NCBI GenBank assembly: GCA_965278965.1
Contig: OZ257127.1
Location: forward strand, 2,221,368 to 2,285,367
Length of the DNA: 64,000 nt
Source: Actinomycetes bacterium
GTDB lineage: Bacteria; Actinomycetota; Actinomycetes; S36-B12
Direction: 5' to 3'
The notes beneath the pieces are model-generated. The model ran no database searches. It was not told the origin of the DNA and worked only from the letters and a program-made list of their open reading frames with translations. The translations under genes and the position numbers were made by a program. Positions 42,196-51,283 of this stretch are shown piece after piece. The stretch's first letter is position 1; the number at the start of each line of letters is the position of its first letter.

Positions 42196-42441
42196 ATGGT
42201 CAGGCTGCCGCTCAGTCCCGCCGAGGTCGATCGGGGGCGCCGACTGGGCGCACTCCTGAGACTGGCTCGCGGGGAGCGGTCGATGCTCAGCACCGCGCTG
42301 GCGGCCGGTGTGTCCCCGGAGACCCTCCGGAAGATCGAGTCCGGGCGCGTTGCGACCCCGGCCTTCGCGACCGTCGCGGCGATAGCCGGTGTCCTCGGTC
42401 TTTCCCTTGACGATGCCTGGTCGGAGATCAACGGGTCGTAG
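42196..42441 (+). CDS. XRE-family helix-turn-helix regulator
   Basis: GVSPETLRKIESGRVATPAFATVAAIAGVLGLSLD. Confidence 0.85.
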   Translation: MVRLPLSPAEVDRGRRLGALLRLARGERSMLSTALAAGVSPETLRKIESGRVATPAFATVAAIAGVLGLSLDDAWSEINGS

Positions 42442-42475
42442 GCGGAGGGCCCGCCTGGTCGCGCCGCCGCGTTGC

Positions 42476-44164
42476 TCAGGCCGACGGGTGGTGCCGGCCC
42501 CAGTCCTCGTAGGCGGCGACGGCCACGGGCAGGGTCGGGAAGATCCGGCTGGCCCCGATGCGTCCGGCGACTCCGTGGGCGCGCAGCAGGTCGGCCACTT
42601 CGGACTTGACCCGCACCAGCGCGAGCTCGACCCCCAGCCCCTCGCATCGCTGCCGGACCTCTTCGAGGGCGTCCGCCCCCGTGATGTCGATCTCGGTGTT
42701 CCCCTCCATGTTCAGCAGGAACCACCGCGCGGGCGGGTCGGTCGCGTCGAGCGCGGCCAGGCAGCGGCTCACGAAGTCGTCGGCGTTGGCGAAGAACAGC
42801 GGCGAGTCATACCGGAAGACGACCAGGCCGGGGATCACGCGCGCCGTCGGGTAGTCCTCGACGTCGTGCCAGCCCGCGACGCCGTCCGGCTGGCCGAGGA
42901 CGGCGGCGTGTGGCCGCGCGACCCGGGTGAGGAGCTCGATGACCGACAAGGCGATGGCGGCCAGGACCCCGTAGAGGATGTCGAGCAGCAGGACGGCCGC
43001 TGTCGCGCTCAGGGCGATGGCGAGCTCGCGCGAGCGGAACGCCCACAGCCGGCGGAACTCGGCGACGTCGATCAGGCGGATCGCCGCGTAGACGACGAGG
43101 CCGCCGAGTGCGGCCGTCGGGAACGCGCCGATCACCGGCGCCAGGACGAGGACCGAGGCGATCGTCAGAGCCGCCGCGACGAGCGAGTAGAGCTGCGAGC
43201 TCGCGCCGCTGCCCTCGGCGATGACGGTGCGGCTGGCGCTGGAGCTGACGGGGAAGCCCCCGACCAGCGCGGAACCGGCGTTGGCCCCGCCCAGGGCGAG
43301 GAACTCCCGGTTGTTGTGGACGCGTTCGCCGCGTCGGCTGGCGAAGGCCCGCGACGTCAGCAGGTTGTCGGCGTACCCGACGACGAAGATGCCGACGGCC
43401 GGCAACGCCAGGAGCTGCAGGTCGCTGAGCGAGACGGATGGGAGGCCGACGTGGACCCCCGAGAACGAGACCTCGCCGACCGTCCGGATCCCCTTCTGCG
43501 ACAGGTCGAACATCCACGTGACGGCAGTCGCCAGGAGCATGACGGCCAGCGGCACCGGGAGGCGGGGGAACAGGCGGGAGAGAACCAGGAGCAGGGCCGT
43601 CGTGCCAAGCCCCATCGTGACGGTCGGCCACGACACGCCGTCGTCCACGACGTTGGTCGCGAACGACCGCACGATCTGCAAGAACGTGTCGCCGGCAGTG
43701 TCGACGCCGGTGAGCTTGCCGAGCTGGCTGCCGATCATGATGACGGCGACGCCGGCCATGTATCCGACCAGGACCGGCTTCGAGAGCAGGTCGCCGATGA
43801 ACCCGAGCCGAAGGATCCCGGACAGCAGCGCGTACGCGGCGACGAGAAGCGCGAGTCCGGCGGCGAGCGCGGCGTAGCGTGCGCTGTCGCCGAGGGCGAG
43901 CGGTGCGAGCGCGGCGGCCGTCATCAGGGCAGTCGTCGACTCCGGGCCGACCGACAGCAGCCGCGAGGAGCCGATGAGCGCGTACACGACCAGCGTCACG
44001 GCGACCACGATCAGCCCGGTCTGAGCCGGGAGCCCGGCGAGCGCGGCGTAGGCCATGACCTGCGGGATGAGGTAGGCCGTGACCGTCACCCCGCCGACGA
44101 GGTCGCCGCGCAGGTCGCGTCGGTCGTAGTGCAGCAGGCGCAGCACGCCGACGTCGCGGAACAT
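42476..44164 (-). CDS. SulP family anion transporter with STAS domain
   Basis: DLVGGVTVTAYLIPQVMAYA, VGPESTTA, FPVSSSASRT, YDSPLFFAN. Confidence 0.93.
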   Translation of the reverse strand: MFRDVGVLRLLHYDRRDLRGDLVGGVTVTAYLIPQVMAYAALAGLPAQTGLIVVAVTLVVYALIGSSRLLSVGPESTTALMTAAALAPLALGDSARYAALAAGLALLVAAYALLSGILRLGFIGDLLSKPVLVGYMAGVAVIMIGSQLGKLTGVDTAGDTFLQIVRSFATNVVDDGVSWPTVTMGLGTTALLLVLSRLFPRLPVPLAVMLLATAVTWMFDLSQKGIRTVGEVSFSGVHVGLPSVSLSDLQLLALPAVGIFVVGYADNLLTSRAFASRRGERVHNNREFLALGGANAGSALVGGFPVSSSASRTVIAEGSGASSQLYSLVAAALTIASVLVLAPVIGAFPTAALGGLVVYAAIRLIDVAEFRRLWAFRSRELAIALSATAAVLLLDILYGVLAAIALSVIELLTRVARPHAAVLGQPDGVAGWHDVEDYPTARVIPGLVVFRYDSPLFFANADDFVSRCLAALDATDPPARWFLLNMEGNTEIDITGADALEEVRQRCEGLGVELALVRVKSEVADLLRAHGVAGRIGASRIFPTLPVAVAAYEDWGRHHPSA

Positions 44165-44201
44165 GTCGTCACGCTAGGCGGTGGCGGATACGTTTCGCGG
44201 C

Positions 44202-44747
44202 ATGAGTGTTCCCCCCGCGGACGACAAGGACTGGACCTGGGTGCTCGAGCGCGCCTGCCCGGAGTGCGGGTTCGACGCGAGTGCCGCTGGCCGTGACGAC
44301 CTGGTGCCGCTGGTGGCTCGGGTCGGCGGCCGCTGGGCCGAGGCGTGGCGAGGTGCCGTACGACCGCGCGACCGGCCCGAGCCCCTGGTCTGGTCGCCCC
44401 TGGAGTACGCGTGCCACGTGCGCGACGTGCTCGATCTCGCGGTGTACCGCACGTCGCTCATGCGTGACGAGGACGACCCGGTCTTCGCCAACTGGGACCA
44501 GGACGTGACAGCAGTCGAGTCGGACTACGCCGGCACGGACCCGTCGGTCGTCGCGCCGGCTCTGGCCGTGGCCACCGACGCCTACGTCACGGTCCTGAGC
44601 GGGCTGCCGGACGACGCCTGGGACCGGCCAGGCCGCCGCAGCAACGGCAGCGTCTTCACCGTCGACTCGTTCACGCGCTACGTCCTGCACGACCTCGTGC
44701 ATCACCTCACGGACGTCACGGGCGACCGCTGGGTGCCCGCGACGTAG
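44202..44747 (+). CDS. DinB/YfiT family protein
   Basis: KDWTWVLERACPECGFD, WSPLEYACHVRD, HDLVHHLTD. Start moved to ATG 44202. Confidence 0.85.
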   Translation: MSVPPADDKDWTWVLERACPECGFDASAAGRDDLVPLVARVGGRWAEAWRGAVRPRDRPEPLVWSPLEYACHVRDVLDLAVYRTSLMRDEDDPVFANWDQDVTAVESDYAGTDPSVVAPALAVATDAYVTVLSGLPDDAWDRPGRRSNGSVFTVDSFTRYVLHDLVHHLTDVTGDRWVPAT

Positions 44748-44759
44748 GTGTCCGTCGGC

Positions 44760-45611
44760 TCAGGCGTGGCCGTCGTCGTGCGCGGCCAGCAGCTCGGCGG
44801 CGTGGTCGGGCACGTAGTGGCTCAGCTCGCGCGGGGGCCGCTCGTACCCGGTCGACGCCGGACGCTTGGGCAGCTCGAGCGGCGGCCGGGTCGCGGCGAA
44901 GTACGGGATCGTGCTGAGCAGGTGGTGGATCATGTTCAGCCGCGCCCGGCGCTTGTCGTCGCCCTCGACGACGAACCACGGGGCCTCCGGGATGTCGGTG
45001 TGGACGAACATCTCGTCCTTGGCGCGGGAGTAGTCCTCCCACCGCGTGATCGACTCCAGGTCCATCGGGGACAGCTTCCACTGGCGCATCGGGTCCTGCA
45101 GCCGTGAACGGAAGCGGGCCTCCTGCTCCGCATCGCTCACGCTGAACCAGTACTTGCGCAGGATGATGCCGTCCTCGACGAGAAGGCGCTCGAAGATCGG
45201 CGCCTGGTGCAGGAAGCGGCGGTACTCGTCGGGCGTGCAGAACCCCATGACCCGCTCGACGCCCGCGCGGTTGTACCAGGACCGGTCGAAGAGCCGGATC
45301 TCTCCGCCGGCGGGCAGCTGCTCGACGTACCGCTGGAAGTACCACTCGGTGCGCTGCCGTTCGCTGGGCGTCGGCAGGGCGACGATGCCGGCGACGCGCG
45401 GGTTCAGGTACTCGGTGACGCGCTTGATCGTCGAGCCCTTGCCGGCGGCGTCGCGCCCCTCGAAGACCACCACGAGGCGGGCACCCTCAAGGCGTACCCA
45501 CTCCTGGAGCTTCACGAGCTCGGCCTGCAGCCGGTAGAGCTCACGCTCGTACAGCTTCTTCGGGATGCGCTCGGCCGCAGCAGGCGCGCCCTCGTCGTGC
45601 TTCTTGGTCAC
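44760..45611 (-). CDS. ppk2: Polyphosphate kinase 2
   Basis: FEGRDAAGKG, LPTPSERQRTEWYFQRY, FDRSWYNR, WKLSPMD. Confidence 0.95.
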   Translation of the reverse strand: MTKKHDEGAPAAAERIPKKLYERELYRLQAELVKLQEWVRLEGARLVVVFEGRDAAGKGSTIKRVTEYLNPRVAGIVALPTPSERQRTEWYFQRYVEQLPAGGEIRLFDRSWYNRAGVERVMGFCTPDEYRRFLHQAPIFERLLVEDGIILRKYWFSVSDAEQEARFRSRLQDPMRQWKLSPMDLESITRWEDYSRAKDEMFVHTDIPEAPWFVVEGDDKRRARLNMIHHLLSTIPYFAATRPPLELPKRPASTGYERPPRELSHYVPDHAAELLAAHDDGHA

Positions 45612-45700
45612 GGTCGGAGTCTGTCACCCGGATGGCTGCGCTCGCGTGCCAGCGCCGATGGCCGCGGGCCGAGTCCGTGGCATGGCGCGCCTACCACGGC

Positions 45701-45722
45701 GGCTGTGAGTTGGCTGTGAGTG
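45701..45722. promoter_or_regulatory. 11-nt direct repeat (OmpR/PhoB-type regulator site)
   Basis: GGCTGTGAGTT followed by GGCTGTGAGTG in the ppk2 / membrane-protein divergent region. Confidence 0.5.
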
Positions 45723-45835
45723 CTTGCAATCCCTGACATTCCTCGAACGTGGATCACTCGCGCGACTGACCTTCCGCGAGCAGGCTGGGCTCGGACGCCC
45801 GGCCTACGCCGGCACGACCTAGGAGGTACCACGCG

Positions 45836-46483
45836 ATGACCACGACCCCCGAGAACGGACCCGAGCCGACGCCCAACTCGGCACCGGCACCGGACATGAC
45901 GCCCACGGAGGCCCTCGTCGTGCACGAGCAGCCGCCGTCAGCGGGAGCAACGGCAGCCGGTTCCGCGCCCGCAGTCGCCGCGACGGCGAAGAGCGGCAAC
46001 CAGACCCGGACGATCCTCGAGATCGTCGGTGGCGTGGTCGCCCTCGGGGCCGTTGCCGTAGCCGGCGTCATCGGGTTCGTGTTCGGCTACGCGGTACGCG
46101 ACCACGGCCACGACCGCGACGGGGTGTCGCTGGCCCGCGCGTTCGGCGACGACGGCCCCGGACGTGGTGGCGCGGACCAGGACGACCGAGGCGGCTGGGG
46201 CCGGGGCATGCGTCCGTCCCTGCCGTTCGACTCGAACGACCAGGGCCTGGGCATGGGCATGCGTCAAGGCCCCGGCGGCGACTGGGGCCAGGGCTGGGGC
46301 TTCGGCGGTCAGGACGGCATGCCGGGCTTCGGCAGCCAGGACGGCATGCCCGGCTTCGGCGGTCAGGACGGCACTGCCCCGTCGCTGCCCGGGCCGGACA
46401 CCACTGCGCCGGACACCACTGCGCCGGACAGCGCGCCTACAGCGCCCGACACCACCGCGCCCACGGCGCCGGGCGGCAGCTGA
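45836..46483 (+). CDS. Single-pass membrane protein with low-complexity repeats
   Basis: AGGAGG RBS; one TM helix (IVGGVVALGAVAVAGVIGFVFGYAV); Gly-rich and PDTTA repeats. Confidence 0.7.
   Translation: MTTTPENGPEPTPNSAPAPDMTPTEALVVHEQPPSAGATAAGSAPAVAATAKSGNQTRTILEIVGGVVALGAVAVAGVIGFVFGYAVRDHGHDRDGVSLARAFGDDGPGRGGADQDDRGGWGRGMRPSLPFDSNDQGLGMGMRQGPGGDWGQGWGFGGQDGMPGFGSQDGMPGFGGQDGTAPSLPGPDTTAPDTTAPDSAPTAPDTTAPTAPGGS
46298..46438 (+). repeat. In-frame tandem repeats: 27 bp x3 and 15 bp x2-3
   Basis: 27-bp units at 46298, 46325 and 46352 (GFGGQDGMP-type); 15-bp units at 46394, 46409 and 46424 (PDTTA-type). Confidence 0.85.
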
Positions 46484-46552
46484 CCGCCCGAGCAGCCGAC
46501 CAGGTCGCCGAGAAGTCTTCCCAGCGCGGTTCCTGGTGCCTACCGTTGGGCG

Positions 46553-47617
46553 ATGCAGATCGCGATAGGCACGCGCAAGGGGTTGTGGCGAGCGGAGCGG
46601 ACCGACGGCACCTGGCAGGTGACGCAGCCGTTGCGGCAGATGGCCGAGTTCAGCTCGGTGGCCTTCGTACCGAGAGGCGATGGTGAGCGTCCGCGCCTCG
46701 TCGTGGGCGCGCGCAGCTGGTTCTGGGGGCCGTCGGTCCTGACGAGCGACGACGACGGTGCCACGTGGTCCGATCCCGAGGCCGGCGCCGTGGCCTTCCC
46801 CGCCGAGGCCGGTGCGGCCCTCGAGCGGGTGTGGACCCTGGAACCGGACCCGTACGAGCACGGCGTCGTGTGGGCCGGCTGCGAGCCGCACTCCCTGTGG
46901 CGCTCGACCGACGGCGGGCAGTCCTTCGCGCTCAACCAAGCCCTGTGGGACCACCCGCACCGCGCGGACTGGCGACCCGGCGCGGGCGGGCCGGCCGTGC
47001 ACACGATCCGGCCCCGGGCCGACGGGTCGATGCTCGTCGCGATGAGCACGGGCGGGGTGTACCGCAGCGAGGACAAAGTGGGCGGCTGGACGCCGGCCAA
47101 CCAAGGGATCCGCGTCGAGTTCCAGCCCGACGAGTACCCGGCGTACGGCCAGTGCGTCCACCGGATCGCGCTGGACTCCGCGGACCAGACCCGGGTCTAC
47201 GCCCAGAACCACGGCGGGGTCTACCGCTCCGATGACTCCGGCGACTCATGGGTGCCGATCATGGATGGCCTTCCTGATGACTTCGGGTTCGTCGTCCTGA
47301 CGCATCCGTCGCAGGCAGGCACCGCGTGGGTCGTGCCGATCTCCACCGACACGATGCTGCCGCCCGAGGGCCGGCTGCGGCTGTGGCGGACCGACGACGC
47401 CGGCGGCACCTGGCGCGAGGCCGGTGCCGGCCTGCCGGACTCGTTCTACGGGACCGTCCTGCGCGATGCCGCACACATCGCCGAGGTGGACGGCAGCATC
47501 GTCATCGCGTTCGGCACGCGCAACGGGTCCGTGTTCGCCAGCACCGATGGTGGGGAGTCGTTCGAGCAGGTCGCCGACACCCTCCCCGATGTGCTGTCGG
47601 TGCGGGTCGGCGCCTGA
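46553..47617 (+). CDS. Asp-box (BNR) beta-propeller, sialidase-like fold, no signal peptide
   Basis: Five Asp-boxes: SDDDGATW, STDGGQSF, SDDSGDSW, TDDAGGTW, STDGGESF. Confidence 0.8.
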   Translation: MQIAIGTRKGLWRAERTDGTWQVTQPLRQMAEFSSVAFVPRGDGERPRLVVGARSWFWGPSVLTSDDDGATWSDPEAGAVAFPAEAGAALERVWTLEPDPYEHGVVWAGCEPHSLWRSTDGGQSFALNQALWDHPHRADWRPGAGGPAVHTIRPRADGSMLVAMSTGGVYRSEDKVGGWTPANQGIRVEFQPDEYPAYGQCVHRIALDSADQTRVYAQNHGGVYRSDDSGDSWVPIMDGLPDDFGFVVLTHPSQAGTAWVVPISTDTMLPPEGRLRLWRTDDAGGTWREAGAGLPDSFYGTVLRDAAHIAEVDGSIVIAFGTRNGSVFASTDGGESFEQVADTLPDVLSVRVGA

Positions 47618-47618
47618 C

Positions 47619-47900
47619 GTGCCGCTGGTCCGGCTGTCGCGCGCGCTCGCCGACCAGGCATCGACCGCGCGCGAGTTCGTCGTCGTCGCCGATGGGCCGG
47701 TGCCCCTCCAGGTGGTGCTGGCCGACCTGAGTCGGCAGGCTCCCGCGGCTGGTCGCCGGGTGCGTGACGAGACAGGCGCGATCCGGCGCCACGTCAACGT
47801 CTACGTCGGGGACGACGAGTGCCGCAGGTTGTCGGGATTGGACACGCCGGTGCCGCCGGACACCGTCGTGAGCGTGATCGGCGCCGTCTCCGGCGGTTGA
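47619..47900 (+). CDS. MoaD/ThiS (CysO/SAMP-like) ubiquitin-fold protein
   Basis: RRHVNVYVG...GLDTPV...AVSGG*. Start moved to GTG 47619, 1 nt after the propeller stop. Confidence 0.85.
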   Translation: MPLVRLSRALADQASTAREFVVVADGPVPLQVVLADLSRQAPAAGRRVRDETGAIRRHVNVYVGDDECRRLSGLDTPVPPDTVVSVIGAVSGG

Positions 47901-47901
47901 G

Positions 47902-48666
47902 TCACAAGATCGTGCCGGCCGGTCCGCCCGCCACGTAGATGGTCTGCCCGTTCACGAAGGACGCCTCGTCGGAGACCAGGAACGCGGCGACGGCCGCGAC
48001 ATCCTCGGGCTGTCCGACCCGGCGCGCCGGCGTCTGAGCGGCGACCGCCTCGTACAGCTCCTCGGGTGTGATGCCCTGGCGCCGGGCCGTCTCCGCCGTC
48101 ATGTCCGTCGCGATGAAGCCGGGGGCGATCGCGTTCGCGGTGACCCCGAACGGCCCGAGCTCGATCGCCAGCGTCCGGGTGAACCCCTGCAGCCCGGCCT
48201 TCGCCGCGGCGTAGTTCGCCTGGCCGCGGTTGCCGAGCGCGGACGTGCTGGACAGGCTGACGATGCGGCCCCACCTCGCGGTGACCATCGACGCCTGCAC
48301 CGCACGGGACAGCAGGAACGCCCCGCGGAGGTGGACGGCCATGACCGCGTCCCAGTCGCCGGCCTCCATGCGGAACAGGAGGTTGTCACGCAGGATCCCG
48401 GCGTTGTTGACCAGGACGGTCGCAGGCCCGAGCTCGTTCGTCACCGTCGCGACGGCCTCGGCGGCCGCCGCCTCGTCGGCCACGTCCGCGCTCACCGCGA
48501 TGGCGCGTCCGCCGGCCGCCGTGATCTCGGCGACGACGGGCTCGCACGCAGCCGCGTCGAGGTCGAGGACCGCGACGGACAGACCATCGCGGGCCAGCCG
48601 GCGGGCGACGGCCGCGCCGATCCCGCGGGCGGCGCCGCTGACGATCGCGGTCGGACGCGCGGTCAC
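47902..48666 (-). CDS. SDR oxidoreductase (FabG-like)
   Basis: SGAARGIG, LVNNAGILRD, GQANYAAAKAG, IAPGFIATDM. Start moved to GTG 48666. Confidence 0.9.
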   Translation of the reverse strand: MTARPTAIVSGAARGIGAAVARRLARDGLSVAVLDLDAAACEPVVAEITAAGGRAIAVSADVADEAAAAEAVATVTNELGPATVLVNNAGILRDNLLFRMEAGDWDAVMAVHLRGAFLLSRAVQASMVTARWGRIVSLSSTSALGNRGQANYAAAKAGLQGFTRTLAIELGPFGVTANAIAPGFIATDMTAETARRQGITPEELYEAVAAQTPARRVGQPEDVAAVAAFLVSDEASFVNGQTIYVAGGPAGTIL

Positions 48667-49430
48667 GAGGTCCTCCCGACCGCCGAGCCGGCACGTCGGC
48701 GGGTCAGCCGTCGGATGCCGGTGTCGATGGCCCACAGCAGGAGCCCCAGGAGGAAGGCGACGACGAAGAGGGCGGCCACGAAGCCGAGCACGCTGGCGTA
48801 GCCCTTCGAGGCGACATTGAGGAAGGGGTACGGGTAGGCGCCGATGACCTCGCCGCGGACGAGCGCCCACGCGACGTAGACCACCGGGATCACGAGTGCG
48901 CCGGCGATGACCCGCAGCGAGAGAAGCCCGCGGGGACCGGCGATGAGCCATACGAGGGTCGTGACGATCGGCGTGACGATGTGGACGAACGTGTTGCTGA
49001 CCAGCGGCCATCCGCTCAGGCCGCCGTCGGCGAGCAGCACGTTGTAGATGATGCCGGTCACGACGATCATCAGGACGGTGTCCAGCCGCAGGACCCGCCA
49101 CACCCCGCCGACTCGGTCGGTGCGGCCGAACAGACCGGGCCGAGCGGCCAGGACCGTGACGACGACGGCGACCAGGACGTTGCTCCAGATCGTGAAGTAG
49201 GTCAGCCAGTCGAAGAAGCGCTCCAGCGGCGTGTCGACGCCGGAGGCGAGATCGCCGAGCTGCGTCGGGTCCGAGGGGTTCACGTGCTCGTTCTGCCCCG
49301 TCAGCGCCAGCGTGAGAGAGATCGCGACACCCGTCCACGCGATGACGGCGTTGGCGGTGATGAGCGTCGTGGCATAGCGCGGTCTCGCGTCGCCGCGCAG
49401 CGTCGTCGCGGTAGTGGTCGTCGTCGTCAC
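48663..49430 (-). CDS. Pr6Pr family membrane protein
   Basis: YFTIWSN, FVHIVTP, GPRGLL, RGEVIGAYPYPFL. Start moved to GTG 49430; GTGA overlaps on both sides. Confidence 0.8.
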   Translation of the reverse strand: MTTTTTTATTLRGDARPRYATTLITANAVIAWTGVAISLTLALTGQNEHVNPSDPTQLGDLASGVDTPLERFFDWLTYFTIWSNVLVAVVVTVLAARPGLFGRTDRVGGVWRVLRLDTVLMIVVTGIIYNVLLADGGLSGWPLVSNTFVHIVTPIVTTLVWLIAGPRGLLSLRVIAGALVIPVVYVAWALVRGEVIGAYPYPFLNVASKGYASVLGFVAALFVVAFLLGLLLWAIDTGIRRLTRRRAGSAVGRTS

Positions 49431-50449
49431 GGGGCAAGGATGCCGGGTCGGGTCGGCTGCTGCTGCGTGATGCAGTGGATGCCGCCGCCGCGGGCGAAGA
49501 TCGGACGGGCGTCGACGAGGACGATCTCGCGGTCCGGGTACGCGCGCTGGAGCACTGACGCGGCCGCGTCGTCGTTCGGGTCGTCGAACGCGCACAGGAT
49601 GACGGCGCCGTTGCAGACGTAGTGGTTGATGTAGGAGTAGTCGACCCACCCGTCGTCGTCGCGAAGGACCTGCGGCGCCGCCAACGGCACGAGGCGCCAT
49701 GGCCCGGCCGCCGCGAGCGTGGCCCGCACCTCCTCCGACACCGCGAAGTCGGGATGTGCCGGGTTGCGCTGGTCGTGGTAGAGCACGGTGTCCGGCCCGG
49801 CGAAGCAGGCGACGATGTCGACGTGCCCGCGGGTGCCGAAGTCCTCGTAGTCGCGCGTCAGGCCACGACGCAGCCACACGACCCGGTCCGCACCTAGAGT
49901 GCGGCGCAGCTCCGCCTCGACCGTGGCCCTGGTGGCTCCCGGGTTGCGCCCGGGGTCGAGCTGCACGGTCTCGGTGACGAGCACGGTCCCCTGACCGTCG
50001 ACGTGGATACCGCCGCCCTCGTTGACCAGCGGCGACGCGACCACCGGCGTCCCGGCGGCACCTGCGACGACCGTCGCGATCAGCGCATCGGCACCCCAAC
50101 GCGACCAGGCCTGGCCACCCCAGCCGTTGAACACCCAGTCGACTGCCGCCAGCCGGCCGGTGTCCTCGTGGACGAAGGTCGGACCGATGTCTCGCATCCA
50201 CGCGTCGTCGAGCGAGGCGGTGAGGACCTCGACCCGCGGGTCGAGCAGGCTCCGGGCGGTGTCGACGTCCGCGGGGTCGACGACCATCGTCACCGGCTCG
50301 AACGGCACGATCGCGCCGGCCACGCGCACCCACGCCGCCCGCACCTGCGCGAGACCGTCGGCGTCGAGGTCCGCGGCGGTCGGTGAGTCCGGCGGGAACG
50401 CCATCCACGTCCGGTCGTGCGGGTCCCACTCCGGGGGCATGACGGGCAT
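49427..50449 (-). CDS. Agmatine deiminase family protein
   Basis: MPPEWDPH, DAWMRD, NEGGGIH, GHVD, YSYIN, GGGIHCITQQQP. Confidence 0.93.
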   Translation of the reverse strand: MPVMPPEWDPHDRTWMAFPPDSPTAADLDADGLAQVRAAWVRVAGAIVPFEPVTMVVDPADVDTARSLLDPRVEVLTASLDDAWMRDIGPTFVHEDTGRLAAVDWVFNGWGGQAWSRWGADALIATVVAGAAGTPVVASPLVNEGGGIHVDGQGTVLVTETVQLDPGRNPGATRATVEAELRRTLGADRVVWLRRGLTRDYEDFGTRGHVDIVACFAGPDTVLYHDQRNPAHPDFAVSEEVRATLAAAGPWRLVPLAAPQVLRDDDGWVDYSYINHYVCNGAVILCAFDDPNDDAAASVLQRAYPDREIVLVDARPIFARGGGIHCITQQQPTRPGILAP

Positions 50450-50634
50450 GGCGCAACGCTAGTGCTGCGCATGTCCATGGATAGCGCCGACGGCAGACCG
50501 GCCGCGACCGCTTGCGCCGCAGGGGTAGTCACCCCTCACCCGATGCGGGCGAACCTCGCCTGGCATTCCCCGCCCGAGGTCTACAGTCGAGCGCGACCGG
50601 TCCGGGGAGGACCGGCCAACGACAGGAGAGATCA

Positions 50635-51189
50635 ATGGAAGGGCTCGACACCTTCGCCGCATTCGCGGCGACTTACGACTCGCTCGCCGACGCCGAGGCC
50701 GACTACGAGGCCATCAAGGCGCTGTACTACGACGACGGCATCATCGACACGTTCGATGCCGCCATCATCGAGAAGGACGAGCACGGCAAAGTCAAGATCG
50801 TCAAGAAGCACGAGCAGCCGCTGCGGCAGGGCGCGTGGGTCGGCGGTGGCCTCGGCCTCGCGGCCGGCCTCGTCGTGGCGATCTTCCCGCCGGTCGGCCT
50901 GGCCGCCGGCGTCATCTGGGGCACGGCCATCGGCGCGGGCCTCGGTGCCTGGGCCGGGCACGCCGCGGGCGGCATGCACCGCGACGACCTCAAGGAGCTC
51001 GGCTCGACGCTCGAGAGCGGGCAGTGCGCCCTCGTCGCCGTCGCCGCGGCCGCGATCGCGGACCGTGTGGAGGCCGCCGTCAAGCATGCGGAGAAGGTCG
51101 AGCGCAAGGAGCTGAAGGCCGACGAGAAGGCTGCCCGCAAGGCGGCCGAGGAGGCGGCGAAGGCCAGCGAGGACACGCCCGCCTCGTAG
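50635..51189 (+). CDS. DUF1269 family membrane protein
   Basis: GAWVGGGLGLAAG...GAGLGAWAGH Gly-zipper TM pair; DLKELGSTLESGQCALV. AGGAG RBS; start moved to ATG 50635. Confidence 0.75.
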   Translation: MEGLDTFAAFAATYDSLADAEADYEAIKALYYDDGIIDTFDAAIIEKDEHGKVKIVKKHEQPLRQGAWVGGGLGLAAGLVVAIFPPVGLAAGVIWGTAIGAGLGAWAGHAAGGMHRDDLKELGSTLESGQCALVAVAAAAIADRVEAAVKHAEKVERKELKADEKAARKAAEEAAKASEDTPAS

Positions 51190-51195
51190 TCCTTC

Positions 51196-51244
51196 GCACC
51201 GGCCCGCGCCGCTCGATCCTCATAGGGTTGGCGCGGGCCGGTGC
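51196..51244 (+). terminator. Perfect 15-bp inverted repeat after DUF1269
   Basis: gcaccggcccgcgcc (51196-51210) / ggcgcgggccggtgc (51230-51244), 19-nt loop. Confidence 0.6.
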
Positions 51245-51283
51245 CATGTCCCCGGACAACAGGCCGGACCGTCGGGAGGTGTC

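Noticed and set aside
46298-46438. 27-bp and 15-bp tandem repeats as a CRISPR or non-coding VNTR
   Set aside because: Unit lengths are multiples of three, in frame within a CDS, and there are no spacers.
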